DNA of 64,000 nucleotides from Haliotis rubra (taxonomy: Eukaryota), in NCBI RefSeq assembly GCF_003918875.1, contig NW_025765403.1, positions 1,674,001 through 1,738,000 of the forward strand. The letters are read 5' to 3'. The notes below the pieces were generated by a model. It ran no database searches. It was not told where the DNA came from and was given only the letters and a program-made list of their open reading frames with translations. This document shows, in pieces, positions 9,601 to 22,736 of the stretch; the stretch's first letter is position 1, and every line of letters starts with the position of its first letter. Position numbers and translations under genes: made by a program.

Positions 9601-10816
9601 CACACCCACACTTTTGGATGCAGTTTCGAAGGAAATACGTGTGGACGACCCAAAATCATCAATCGCGAGAAATATTGGGAAGGTTTTCAAAGCTTTTGAC
9701 TTTTCTTTATTTAAGAATCCAATGTTTCTTCTTATTATGGTATTCTGTCAGTTCGGTGTTGTTGTGAGACACGTCCCAACCTACCTCCCGGCACAGATGA
9801 AGGAAATGGGATACAGTCAGTCTGATGCAGCGTTTCTGCTGCTCATCTCTGGAATTCTGGACTTCTTTTGTCGACTGTTTTATGGTTTTGTAGCTGATCT
9901 TGGATATCTTCGTGTCTGTCAAATCATGGCTTTTGGCCTTTTGATCGTAGGAGTGGCATCACAGTTAATAATGTTCTACACCACATATCCTCTTCTTGTA
10001 GCCTACTGTGTAGTGGTTGGCGTCTTCGGATGTGCCTTCCCGTGCCTTCTTCCATTGGTAATAGTGGATTTCATGGGGGTCGACTGTATGGGAAAGACTC
10101 TAGGATTTACAGCGTTATTCCAAGGATTTGCAGTTGCACTGACCCATCCAATTTTAGGTAACAGACCTTACAAATTACCTTCTTATCATTTCATTTTGAC
10201 GATTTCTAGTCGACATCCATTGTCGGACAGTGGAAACCCATAATATCAAACCCTGTCATGTCCAATAAGCATGTAGCAATCCAAAGGACAATTCTAACAA
10301 GGCGCCGCAATCCGCTGTACAAAGTAGGACACCTATGATCGTGGTTTCGTATCTGAGAGTCTTACTGCTTATTGTTCTGGCTTCGTTAGCTCCATTTGTA
10401 CGGTTTTTGGTTTCATAAATGCAGTAAACATCCAATACTTCTAGGTTTCTTCTTACACGAAGTTGACACTCCCGGATGTAAATGAATTAATCTGAAAAGC
10501 GGCGTGAAGCCAAACGCATTCCTAACAAAATATAATGTACTTGTGTGTGCAATCTACATGAACATCACGTCATGTCATTATTAGACCGTGTTGAACAAGT
10601 CATGTCTTCATTTTTTCTAGTAGACAGGTGTGTGTGTTTTCAGGTGCATTACGTGATTTGACCGGATCCTATCTACCCTGTTTCCAGTACCTTGGTGCGA
10701 CATCTTTGCTTGCCGCAGCACAGTTGCTATGCGAGCCTCTTGTACGACATTATACAGCAAAAACCACGGAAGGATCACTTTCAAAGGATGAAGAATGTCT
10801 GGAACCACTGAAATAG
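6612..10816 (+). CDS. SLC16: SLC16/MCT-family monocarboxylate transporter, paralogue 1 (5 exons, ~568 aa)
   Basis: Exons 6612-6732, 7722-7865, 8496-8642, 9036-10157 and 10644-10816 have GT-AG boundaries and total 1707 nt in frame. Motifs: LPIDRGWAW (MCT N-terminal motif variant), YFKKRRGLA, FDFSLFKNP, TM8 DFFCR, GALRDLTGSY. Confidence 0.93.
7001..7643 (+). mobile_element. tRNA-derived SINE family B (Meta/MESC-like core) plus a ~305-nt 3' extension
   Basis: tRNA-like head with A/B boxes and core ACCAAAAGACGTTAAAATATGGTACTTG. (CACCT)n tails at ~7321-7338 and ~7626-7643. TSD ACAGCTGTACGA at 6989-7000 and 7644-7655. Confidence 0.85.
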
Positions 10817-12805
10817 GCAACTGAAGTTCTCATGCATATGCTCAGTGTTTACTTGCCCTAAGTGTATGTGCTATAAAACCCAACAATTTGGATCCTATGC
10901 TCAAAGTGTTAATTCACTCACTCAACATACAACATCAACAGGTTTGAAGGGTAAAATGGCTAAACCTTAATAGTAAACCTGGTAGTGTTGTTTTATGTTA
11001 ATCAAATAACAGTTTGTTTATCAGTTCAACGAAAGAAAAGCAACCTGGCAGTTAATGATTACGGTCAAAGCTCAGTTAATGTGCCTCAGTTGTTCTATTC
11101 AAATGCCGTGTATCAAAATTGGAAATTGGCACTAGTAAGTAGATCATACTCCCACTTGAAGTGATGCCATATTTATGTGCATGTGATTATTTCTGTGATT
11201 ATGACTGTGATTTGATCGTGCACAAATATTGGTGCCAGGATCCGATCGTTGGTGTTTTGGGTCAATTTAATGTTTGCATCACAACCAAACTGGTATGCAA
11301 GTTGCAGTAGGCATGGTCAATAGGCATGGTCATGTAGGTGACAGTATGTCAGATGTACAAAGCGGTGGTAATCCAGCACACGTCACCCACTGGCTCAGAA
11401 CACGGTATTCTACACTTGTACATAATGTGTCCTGAATTACAGACACTGTGTCGAAACAACCGAAACACCATGACTATATAATGATGGGCCACATCAAATG
11501 GTGCCATAGTATGCCATGTAGCGTTGGACATAATACCTAAGATTTGCATTTGAAAGTTTGCCTTGACACTTTTGTTAATAACGTCCCTTTATTAATTCAT
11601 TTGCATAAATGAGCTATCAGGAATAATGGCAATAAAAATGCAAGAGAAACAGCTTTATAGAAACCTCTTTATATGATTATTTCGGTTTCGGTTAACATCA
11701 TCACAAACATTGTCCTAGTTTGAATTGTTTTACTGTTAACCTGCACGGTTTCCTTTCTTTGGATGGTAGACTACTTGAGGGTTATTTCTGGAAGTATGTG
11801 ATGCGTCTGCAACTCCCGATGAACTACAGCAATGAACTGCAGCAAGATGCGGAGTAGAATGTGGCCAATCTGATATAAATAATTAGAAAGCTGACATCCA
11901 GTGAATCCTACCACTACCTTACACAGTGACGTCACTTAGTCTACATACCCAGCCTTGTTCCCAGTACAGACGGGTAACTCGTGTTCATAAACATGGTAAT
12001 TAAAAACTCTGTGAATTGAAGATCCACTCATCTTGACTCCTAACGCTATGGTTAACTCGGTTATCAGTTTTTAATTGTGTATGAGAAAATCATTGTAAAA
12101 TACAATTATGACCTTCTTCCTTATCGGCTTGTGAAAACCGTTATATGTAGACAAGCCGATTCACATATATCACTTACATAATGTTGTGACATTACTTCAT
12201 TGTCACGCTGCAGCTGATCCCATTAGGTCTACAGTTACCAAACTGCTCGTACGATCGTGGCTACACACAAATAGTTCACTATTGATTCATTTTTAGGAAA
12301 TTATATTTATAAATATTTAACCTCTAAAAGTATTCTTACAAATTTACTACTCAGGCGTACAACTTTTGAAATAATGATCCGATTGTGACCATTTATAGCT
12401 CATTTTGTAGGGAAATCATCTCGCTTTTGATCCGTAGGCCTCGACGGGGCCTTACAAAATAGTTTACGTGGTGAAATCTAACTTAGATTGAGGAGGGGGT
12501 GGTTCCGTCGTTACATCCCTTTCCTTTTATATAGTACTAGGGTAGGGTATATTTACCTATATGCCTTTCTAACGCTGTTTCTAAGCGTGACACGCCCCTG
12601 TGGGTATTGACACACTGTACTGGTGGGAGACGACATAACATATCTGACTGGGGTATCAATGTCAACGCTGAACTGCGGCAAGAGATATCAGCGGGCCTAC
12701 CCTGGAGACTCACATATGTACTTACCCACCTGTACTATGTACATATACCAGCACTCTGCACATCCACACATGTGCAGTGCAGACGATGTATATATATTTC
12801 AAGCA

Positions 12806-12882
12806 CCGTACTTCCTCTAATAAGTGCCGGGTCTTTATTAAGCGCCTGGCCTCTAATAAGCGCCTGGTCTCTAATAAGCGCC
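12806..12882. repeat. 19-bp tandem repeat (CTCTAATAAGCGCCTGGT-like, 4 copies), probable DNA-transposon/MITE end
   Basis: CCGTACTTCCTCTAATAAG start followed by four TAATAAGCGCC-like repeats. Confidence 0.55.
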
Positions 12883-14168
12883 GTGGACGTTTTTCTATAA
12901 ATGTGAATTGAAATGTAAATTGGTGAAGATGAAACTGGTTGACAATGAAATATGCTCTTTTGGAATGATGTGAATGAGAACTTATGCCGTGTATACTGGA
13001 AATGTGATGGAACCAAAACCTTTTGGAATGACCTTGGGATTGGATTATTCAAAACATACAAGAACTGCAACTGACAAAATTCCTTGTTTGGTCTGGTATT
13101 TTAGAAAAAGACCCACTATTAAATCATATAACCCTCTCTGCAATAAGACACATTTACATTTGCACTTGTCTAACATGACTTCGTCTAACTTGTGATATTT
13201 TACATGTAATAATTGGAGAACCCAGTTGTATCAAAAATGTACACCTGCTTACATATTTCTAGATGCACTGTATAATTACTCTGTATACCTGATTTGGGGA
13301 TAAAAAACCCAACAAAACCAAAAACATCGAGATTTTCATGAAGGAACTCCAAAGGAGATAAACATCACACCAAACCCCAACAAGTGACACCCGCGTTGGT
13401 TAACAGCTGGCAAAGCAATTTGAACACAGTCATCATCAACGTTTCGTTAATTATTATTATATTTTGAACATTTACACTCTTCCATAAAGTATGAGCAGCT
13501 AAATGTAACAGTCATTCTTCCTCCAGCAAAGGACACTCTGATTAGATAATGAAGTAGGTTAAAAAAGTCCAATGGTAGCCTCTGTGGTTTTATCTACCGA
13601 ATTCCACAATTGCGATTTCGAGAGATCGTATATACCGCTCTGATATCTCTGACGTCAGACTGCAATATATGTATTGTATAGTTGTACAGACACCAGTACA
13701 GTATACATGGGACGTGTAAGAGTAACGTAAAACTTCACTTTCTAGTCCACAGAGTAATTGAATCGACTTGGTATATTCACGCCTATCTACGTACTGCAGT
13801 ACTGTAGAATTCATTCGTGTTTTACATTATCTGTCATCTGCCCTGTATTTCTGAACCTGCATTTATGTCTCCTTTACGTACGTGCAAAGATATCGACATA
13901 CCTACCTAACTGTCTACCTACCGATGTACCTACCAATGAAAACTGACGTGAATGAATGATACCAGTTTTCGAATTCAGATGGCACGAGAAAACCTCAATG
14001 CTATCACAAGTTGACCTTACGTCATAAGATAGGACACTCCGATAACAGCCGTAGATCACATGGGCTGCATTTGACCTTACTATGCCAATGACAGACTTGC
14101 TGTGCATATTATTATGTAACATAGATAACGAGTGTATTACTACACACAGTCGTTTTGAAGTTATGGCA

Positions 14169-17100
14169 ATGAGTAATGATCATGGAGATGACGACAAAGG
14201 GAAGAGTGTGAAAACTGAAGTAAAACCTCCAGAAGATGATAACACAATACTACCTATAGACAGAGGATGGGCTTGGGCGATACTCGGAGGTACGTATACA
14301 TTCATGAATACTTACAGGTGCGTATAACTCAAACATATGTACTGATGAAAGTACACATGAAAGTACAGTTGTTCCTTAATCTTTCCCAGGTTTATTCGTA
14401 TGCTTTGTATCGAGGTATGTGTGAAAATCTGGAAATAAATAAAGGGTCACTCAGACAAACAGATCCTTCAGATAGCATAAGGTGTCACTGTATACTCCGG
14501 TAGCATATCGTCTCCTAGGCAATGCGAACAATATCACCCATACAACATACATATATACGCATGTCGACAGTGACACCTTCCATTCTTTTGTTTTAGCCAT
14601 AATAAATGATCATTCTGCGTTTGTGTTTTGTTTAGCACGTTATGTATGGTGTTTGGCAGTCCAGCGTATGTCCACATGAGAATTTCCATCGTCCCTCACA
14701 AAAAAATAACAATGGTAAAAAATATATTTATTTAAGGGTGTTTCCTGAATGCTCTGCTGACGGGTGGATACAACCGATCCATGGCGCTGTTCTTTGTGGA
14801 ATACCTTGAGATGTTTGGTGCATCTACCACGGAGACAACCCTTGTCCTTGGGGTGAAAGCGATGACCATCAGCCTAATGTGTAAGCAGACCGTTCGTAGC
14901 TAATGACCAGCCATAAACAAAAATACGAAAAGCTATATGTTTCTCGTGCCTTAAATTGTAAAGTTCTGTTAATGATCTGTGTTCAGTACATGTCCATAAC
15001 AACGGTTATATACGACATACATAAAATAGTTTATATTGCGTGTCCTTGTAGCACATATTATATTTGGGATTATGACATCGCATATTCATTGTGTGTCCCT
15101 AATTAAAGCTGAGCAGTATCACTTTGCACAAAGGAAGTGAAACCAGAATAATTGCGTATTTCATACTTGTTAATGTATATATTGCGATTTAACACGAGGG
15201 TACAACATATCTGGAGAGGGATACGGCAAATTCTCTTCCACTTGTCATGTAATATGTTTGACATTCATCAGTGCGTCTTTTTTATCTTGATCTTCGGGAT
15301 ACAAGAGCACCTATAGCCTTTTCGAATGTATAAATGCTTCATGTATCGAACAGAAAATAGAAACAGACACACTTATATCTTACTGCTGCATCCAAGTGAC
15401 TAGAATACCAAATTACAAAATACATCGAATTCCCATTTTACTAAACGTTAGTCTAAAATTCCGTGTGATTTTATTATATTAATATGATCGTGTACTGTGA
15501 TGGTTTTACACTTTTAGCACCGATTGCTATGAACGTTGTGCTGGAGTTCCTCGGGACGAGGAAGACAGTCTTGTTGGGCGGACTCCTCAATGTGTTGGGT
15601 ATTCTCGCAGCCACCTTTGCGCCGAACATACTGGTCCTTATATGTGTTCACAGTGTTCTTACAGGTACGTCCCCATGCCAGTTTTTGTCCACTAAATAGC
15701 AGGAGAAGAAAAACGCTTCCTTTAAAATAGGTCATCTGATAACTTACTGTCTAATGCTAGCATAGATGCGTTTTCGAAACGCGTCCAGAAGGAAGGTAGT
15801 GCATAGTTATAGCGGTTGGCAATTTCTAAGATACTGTTGGATTATTGTAGATACGGCCATTCTTGGAACTCCTGGCATGATATGATTGGATGGGAATCAC
15901 GCCCTAATCTCGATGGTGGCAATTATATTTTGTCCATGCGAACCACACTCAGACAAACAGATCCTACAGATAGCATAAGGTGGCACTGTATGCTCCGGTA
16001 TCATATCGTCTCCCAGGCAATGCCAACAATATCACCCATACCACATTCATACATACGCATGTCGACAGTGACACTTTCCATTCTTTTGTTTTAGGAATGG
16101 GCAATTCAATGGCACACGCGCCTGGTATTGTGCTGATTGGAAAATACTTCAAGAAAAGACGAGGCCTGGCTACAACAGCTGCGGGTTCAGCGATGAGTGT
16201 AGCAGGTGTATTCCCAATACTTACTCAATATCTGCTGGACGAATATGGGATACGAGGAACAATGCTTATATACACTGGTCTAACTATGAATATATTTGTA
16301 GGGGCATCCCTATATCGACCTATTCACTTCTATGAAAGAAGAGTGAAACCCGATCGCATGCAGGAAGATACAGTGGACAGTGGTGGTGTTGAAGTGAGAG
16401 CGGTCATCAGGGATGAAGATGCTACTGGAGCACACCATGGCGGAGAGGACATTCACGGTGGAAGTACCAGGAGTTGTAACGTTGTTGTTAATGATACCTG
16501 CAATGGATTCCTGGATCCCCAAATCGACGACGATTCCTTCAGGAAAAGAGCACACTCTGAAGGTTCTAAAAGAATCATAAAGCAGTCTGTTTCCGAATTT
16601 GAAAAACTGGTATACACAAGTAACCCAGACCTCGTGAGTCTCCCAATAATCACACCCAAACAGTTGGATGCAGCTGAAAGGGACATACGTGTCGATGATC
16701 GAAATCACAGAAAATCCGCAATCGCTAGAAATATTCGGAAGGTTTTCAAAGCATTTGACTTTTCTTTATTTAAGAATCCAATGTTTCTTCTCATTGTGGC
16801 ATTTTGTTTGTTCGGTGTTGTTGTGAGACACATTGTAACCTACCTCCCGGCACAGATGAAGGAAATGGGACTCAGTCAGTCTGATGCAGCGTTTCTGCTG
16901 CTTATCTCTGGAATTCTGGACTTCTTTTGTCGACTGTTTTATGGTTTTGTAGCTGATCTTGGATATCTTCGTGTCTCTCGAATCATGGCTTTTGGCCTTT
17001 TGATCGTAGGAGTGGCATCACAGTTTATAATGTTTTACACCACATATCCTCTTCTTGTAGCCTACTGTGTAGTGGTTGGCGTCTTCGGATGTGCCGTCCC

Positions 17101-17903
17101 GTGCCTTTTTCCATTGCTAATAGTGGATTTTATGGGAATCGACTGTATGGCAAAGACTATAGGATTTACAGTGTTATTCCAAGGATTTTCAGCTGCACTG
17201 ACACATCCAATTTTAGGTAACAGACCTTACATATTACCCTGTTATCATTTCATTTTCACTCTTTCGAGTCTCCATTGATTGATTGTTCCTTCGGACTATG
17301 GAAACCCAAAACGTGAAATAGACATGTAGCAATGAAAACGTGACACGGTAAAGTTATCTGCCAATCCGCTTCACAAATTAGAGGGTAGGATACATATTAC
17401 AGTGGGTTTGTAGCTGAGATTCTGACTGATTTTGGCTCTGGCTTTGTCAGCCCCATTTTCATGCTTGTTGGATTAAGAAAAGCAGTAAACATCTAATACG
17501 TGGGGTTTCCTCTTACACGAAGTTGATACACCCTGATATAACTGAATGAATGTGAAAAGCAGAATATAATCTACCTGTGTCAGCAATATACATGAAACTT
17601 TGGTCAAAGATATTTGAAGTACCTTCAGAGCATCACGTCACATCAGTATTAGACCAATAATCATGAACAAGTCATGTCTTCATTTTTTAGTGAATACGTA
17701 TGTTTGTTTCAGGTGCATTACGTGACTTGAGCGGATCCTATATACCCTGTTTCCAGTACCTTGGTGTGTCATCCTTCTTTTCCGCAGCACTGCTGCTATG
17801 TGAGCCTCTTGTACGACGTTATGCAGCAAAACACCCACAAGCATCACCATCAAAGGATGAGGAATGTCTTGAACCACTGAAAGAGGCAAATGAAGTGAAG
17901 TGA
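14169..17903 (+). CDS. SLC16: SLC16/MCT-family transporter, paralogue 2 (5 exons, ~574 aa), close duplicate of paralogue 1
   Basis: Exons 14169-14289 (alternative in-frame ATG at 14163), 14737-14880, 15518-15664, 16095-17216 and 17713-17903 total 1725 nt in frame. Same motifs as paralogue 1. The exon 2 acceptor is a weak A/T-rich AAG. Confidence 0.92.
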
Positions 17904-18926
17904 ATGCAATATTTTTAACGGAAGTGTACATGCTATCTTGAGCTCATGGGTTAAAAAAAATCAGCAATTCGGGTCCTTCGCTCGAAAAGTTAAGTCTTGA
18001 TATTTGAAGCAGCTTGACAGTATTTACGAATCACCTATAAGACTTCGGGCCTTGTCCCAAGTCAAGCTTTTGAAAGGACTATTTAAACGGAAACAGACAC
18101 TCTAAATGCAACATCAACAGGGTAAGGGTAAAATGTCTAAGCATCAATGGTAAATTAAATCCTTGCAGTTTTGTTTCATGTCAATCAAATAAAATTTTGC
18201 AAAGTATAGCAATCTAGCAGTTAACGATTACGGTCCAAGCACAATTAATGCCTCAGGTGTTCACGTGGACTTGTCAGAAAGTCTGTATCTAGATTTGAAA
18301 TTGGTACCAGTAAGTGGAACATACTACCCTTTGAAGTGATTAATTGGAAATACAATACTTTATCTGTGGAGAAACAGAAACAGACTGTGAACTCATCATG
18401 GATAATTAGATGCCTTATACATGCCAGAATCCGCTGGTTGGTGTTTTGGTCCATTGTGTGCATCCAAACCAAGCTGGGATGTTACTGTGACAGGAGTCGC
18501 CAGTTGAAGTAGACACGGCCATGCAGGTGAAAGGATGTCATGACCATTTGTACAAATCGGTGGTAAACCTAAAGATATCTCCATCTGGCTTTTAACGCGA
18601 TATTCTAGTTTTTTACAGAAAGTGTTATGGATTACAAAACACTGTTGTGTCGAAGATTAAGGCACTTACCTAAATACTTCGAGTCATCCGAGTTTCGAAA
18701 CAACGCAACACGATGACTATAGAAATTATACGAAAGGAACTTGTATTTTGTGACAACCTTAAGTTCGACATATTAAAGTTCGGCACAACAGTGTTTGATT
18801 GTACTTGGTAAAGTTAATATAGTGTGTTATATATCATAATTTAACAGCACTAAACTGTATAACTACACTGCCGACCTCCTTGTGTTATTGCTTGCAGGTT
18901 CCAAGACTTCATTGCAACAGGTTTCT

Positions 18927-19265
18927 ACCCGTAAAGGTCCGGGTTAGAATTGATTTTCAGTTACCCATGCTTGTCGTAAGAGGCAACTAACGGGTTCAGG
19001 TGGTCAGACTTGGCTGACACATGTCATCGTATCCCAATTAGATGCTCATGCTTTTGATCTCTTGATTGTCTGGCCCAGACACGATTAACATCTTTGAGCG
19101 GCATTGTTTAGAAGTTGGAGAGTAATATACAAACTTTACTTGCTTGAAGACGATACAAGAAACTGTATCAAAACGTCGCATCTACCGAATAAAGTTTGTC
19201 TGTATACAGACTCGATTATTTAAAGACCGCCGCCATATAGCTGGGATGTTGCTGAGTGTGGCGAC
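18927..19265 (+). mobile_element. SINE family C interrupted by a Penelope-like LTR fragment (19088-19205)
   Basis: Family C head and body. CAGACnCGATTA is duplicated at 19076-19087 and 19206-19217 around the insert. Confidence 0.7.
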
Positions 19266-21124
19266 GAACGGATTTCCATCAAATAATCTTCACTTATCAT
19301 ATCGAGGAGGGTTAATATCATACATGACAAAAACACAAGAACATACATGCGTCTCTAGTGTTAGTTCAGTGAAATATGGAGCTATCTTACTCTGTCAGAC
19401 CACGGATAATAATAATAAGAGAGTCGTGCCTCCTGGTGGGCCGATGGTATGCATCTCTGCATAGCGAATTGACTTATGTGACACCCTCGTCAACCTGATG
19501 TTAAAACGCACGGAGAAACGCCATATATAAGCACATGACTTGCAAACATCATTATATTCTACAGCTTGTTCAGCTTGACATGAGCTACTCTACAAATTCA
19601 TGACCCGGGAGGCCAAATGGCACAAACGGGAGGCTGAGTTAACCTCATTAAATAGGGGAGCAGAGAATGTTATTAATGTTGCCTTCGTGCGGATCATGCA
19701 TGCATGGATTCGTTAGAACTTGTCCCGGAAATCAACACTTCTGAAAAAACAATCTATCTAGTTTGCAACCTCAGTTACTTTCACAATCCAATTCACTCTC
19801 GCTATCATTCTCTACACACAGCAGTGATATCACTTTTTCTATTTCATGTTCAACTGCAATATGTCTGTAGCTTCTTTTTTAAAGAAAGTTAGGACATTGC
19901 TGAAGATTTCTCGAAACTGAGATGTCAAACGGCGCGACCTTCTCTCGGCTGTGTTGTCTCGGACATGTTGGCAGTCAACTGACAAAAGTGCACCCCTTCA
20001 CAATAATAGACCCAACCAGTTCTGGTTATTCACTTGATCTATTATTCACTTGATCAGGTCAAGCTGAACAAGCTGTAAGTCAAATGAGCGATATTTACGA
20101 TTCGTTGTGAGAAGAGGTTTGGGATAGGGGGCAATCACGTACCACCGATTTATGTCTGGAGTTGTTTCAGAAAGACCCAATGATGTATGTATGTGTATAT
20201 TGGCTTTATTTGGAACGTATGGATAGCACAAGGACATAAGAATATAAGCATAATGTGATACATGTAAACGCATCTTTATATTGTTCTATTATGAATATTG
20301 TTATGTGACTGTTTCAGCGTTTCTCACAATTTCCCATAGCACCATCAGATTACGCGTATATATAGTTAAGCGCCAGCCTATTTCAGAACTAAGATGTGAA
20401 GCTGTGGAAATGTTAGGCTAAAATAATTGGGAAGACCAATCCATAATTAGAGAAGGTTCATCTGGTAACTGATTTAGGGATATCATAAACATTTGTATTT
20501 ACAATTAAACTTTTGTTAAAGGTATCATGGCACAAAGTTTTAAAGCAAAATAACTATTCCTATTCTGCTCATACAACACTATTAAACTTAGGTTTCACTT
20601 GTCAAAAATGACAATCATGTGACCATATAACAGTCATTTCTGATTTTCACTTTTCAAAAGAAGGTAACCTTTTTGAGGAAAACAAAATGCATGTATTTCC
20701 AAAAGCGCATACATCCTGTTTAAAGGAAAAGATAATTTCCATAATGGTTTTGTTTTTAAACTAAAAGTACTAAACCAAATTATGATAGTTGATTTTTTTC
20801 TGAAAGATATCCTATGAGACAACCTATATTGGCAAAATATACTGGGTGGCGCTTAACGTTTTATTCACAGTATATTAACTACATCCACAGAGACTATCGC
20901 GATATCATCCTATGTTAGGCTGCCACACGAAGAGACTACCTCCTGTATCATATAAGCACACCATCTTGTACAGTGTCAAACATCATATATCACCGTAATT
21001 GGGATATGACACCAGAACAACAGAATCTTATAATTGTTTTCCGTCTAAATGTTCCCAAACAGAATTATTTCTTTCAATATACAATTTTTGTCGTTCTAGA
21101 ACAGTAATTAGAACATAGTTGCCT

Positions 21125-21347
21125 GTGTGTTGTTTAACCCCGCACTCAGACATTTTTTTATGGGACAGCGGTCTGTAAATAATCGAGTCTGGATCGGACA
21201 ATCCAGTGATTGACATCATAAGCATCAATATACTCAGTTGGGACACTATGACATGTGTCAGCCAAGTCAGCAAGTCTGACCACCCGACCCGTTAGTCGAC
21301 AAGCATGGGTTGCTGAAGACTAATTCTAACCCGTGTCTTCACGGGTC
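21125..21347 (-). mobile_element. SINE family C
   Basis: Ends in ...TCTTCACGGGTC on the + strand; the body matches the other copies. Confidence 0.85.
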
Positions 21348-22033
21348 ATCATGTCTAACAGAACCGTTGATAGCAAAGTAGGTCAAAGTCGTATATTTGG
21401 ATGAGAGGGCTGGGTGTCTTATCGCACCTTTATAATGTCACTTGCCACATGTACGTATACGTGTGTGGACTGTAACGTGTACGTGACTGTCCATCTTGAA
21501 ACAACACTGAAATACATGTACTGCTTGTGTTGCTAAGGACATGATTTGGCGAAAAGCATAGTGTATGAACGCAAAGACAGTTTGGTTAGCAACATTTGAG
21601 CTGAGACTGTGATGATCACCGTTGAGCATGCGAAACATTGTGGCACTGACCTCCGACATGGATATGTTATGAAGGTGCGAGGGAAAGAGTTCGTTGAACT
21701 GTTAACTGGAATCCGGTAGGTTTCACTGTCAAGGAATGCGATATAGAATATATAACATTTCGACGTCAAGTTTAAATATTCCCTCGGTTTATTTGATTCT
21801 TGTTTTGAGCTGAAGTTAGCAATATTCCAGATGTATGAGGAATGTTCCCATTTCTGTCTTTTTCCCGTTTGAACTATATCAGAAGCATGTCTCGAAAGCA
21901 TAAGAGTTTCTTGTATTTGTCCTCTTAACCCGGAGGAAACATTTCAATCTCGCAACCAAAAATCACGATATCGTTATGCAACTTTCTTAAAATAAAATGC
22001 TCAAACCTTTGCTATCCCAGAACTCCTTCACAA

Positions 22034-22200
22034 GGGCGGTGGTATAGCCTAGTGGTTAAAGCGTTCGCTCGGCACGCTGAAGACATGGGTTCAATTCCCC
22101 ACATGGGTACAATGTGTGAAGCTCATTTCTGGGGTCCCGGGCCGTGATATTGCTGGAATATAACTAAAAGCGGCGTAAAACCAAACTCGTGCACTCACTC
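22034..22200 (+). mobile_element. SINE family A
   Basis: A/B boxes and an (ACTC)n tail. Confidence 0.88.
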
Positions 22201-22736
22201 ATTCATTCACAAACAATTTGTGGTATGACAGTGACATTCGAAATTGAAAATCATACTAGTAATCCCTCACTTTGGAGATAAATTTTGTCAGAAATCACAT
22301 GCAAAACAATCCATACGTACACGCTGATGATGTGCATGGTTTCTTTGCTTATTTGCCTCAGCTCTTTCAAACACATATGTAGGCGACCTACTAATTGGGC
22401 ATCTTGATGTCAGGCACGTTACCTTGGCTGAAGATGAACCAGTCTTATGGTCATATGTATTGTGTAATCGGTTACTTTTGAAGAAATGGTTATCATGGAG
22501 TAATAATTATCCATTTTAAATTTTAGTTATTTTCAGTCATAATTCATAGATAAATACCAGTCTAGGGTGAAAGAAACCTATTTCCCCTACATACATTTAA
22601 AGAAAACACAGTTACGTCTGATTAGGTAAGATATGCTTCCAGATAAAAAGCAGCCTAATGTTACAATAGTCCATTTACATGACACAAGATCCAAAAGCAC
22701 AAGATGTCTAGGTAGTTACATGATTATTAATTAAGT

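Noticed and set aside
8945-10243. Stand-alone single-exon 420-432-aa transporter ORFs (also 15980-17278, 33074-34045, 59109-60374)
   Set aside because: These are exon 4 plus read-through into the flanking introns. Splice sites and the conserved upstream exons define the real genes.
14343-14366. Hammerhead ribozyme at CTGATGA...GAAA
   Set aside because: No convincing stem II or stem I; explained by a short TGAAAGTACA direct repeat.
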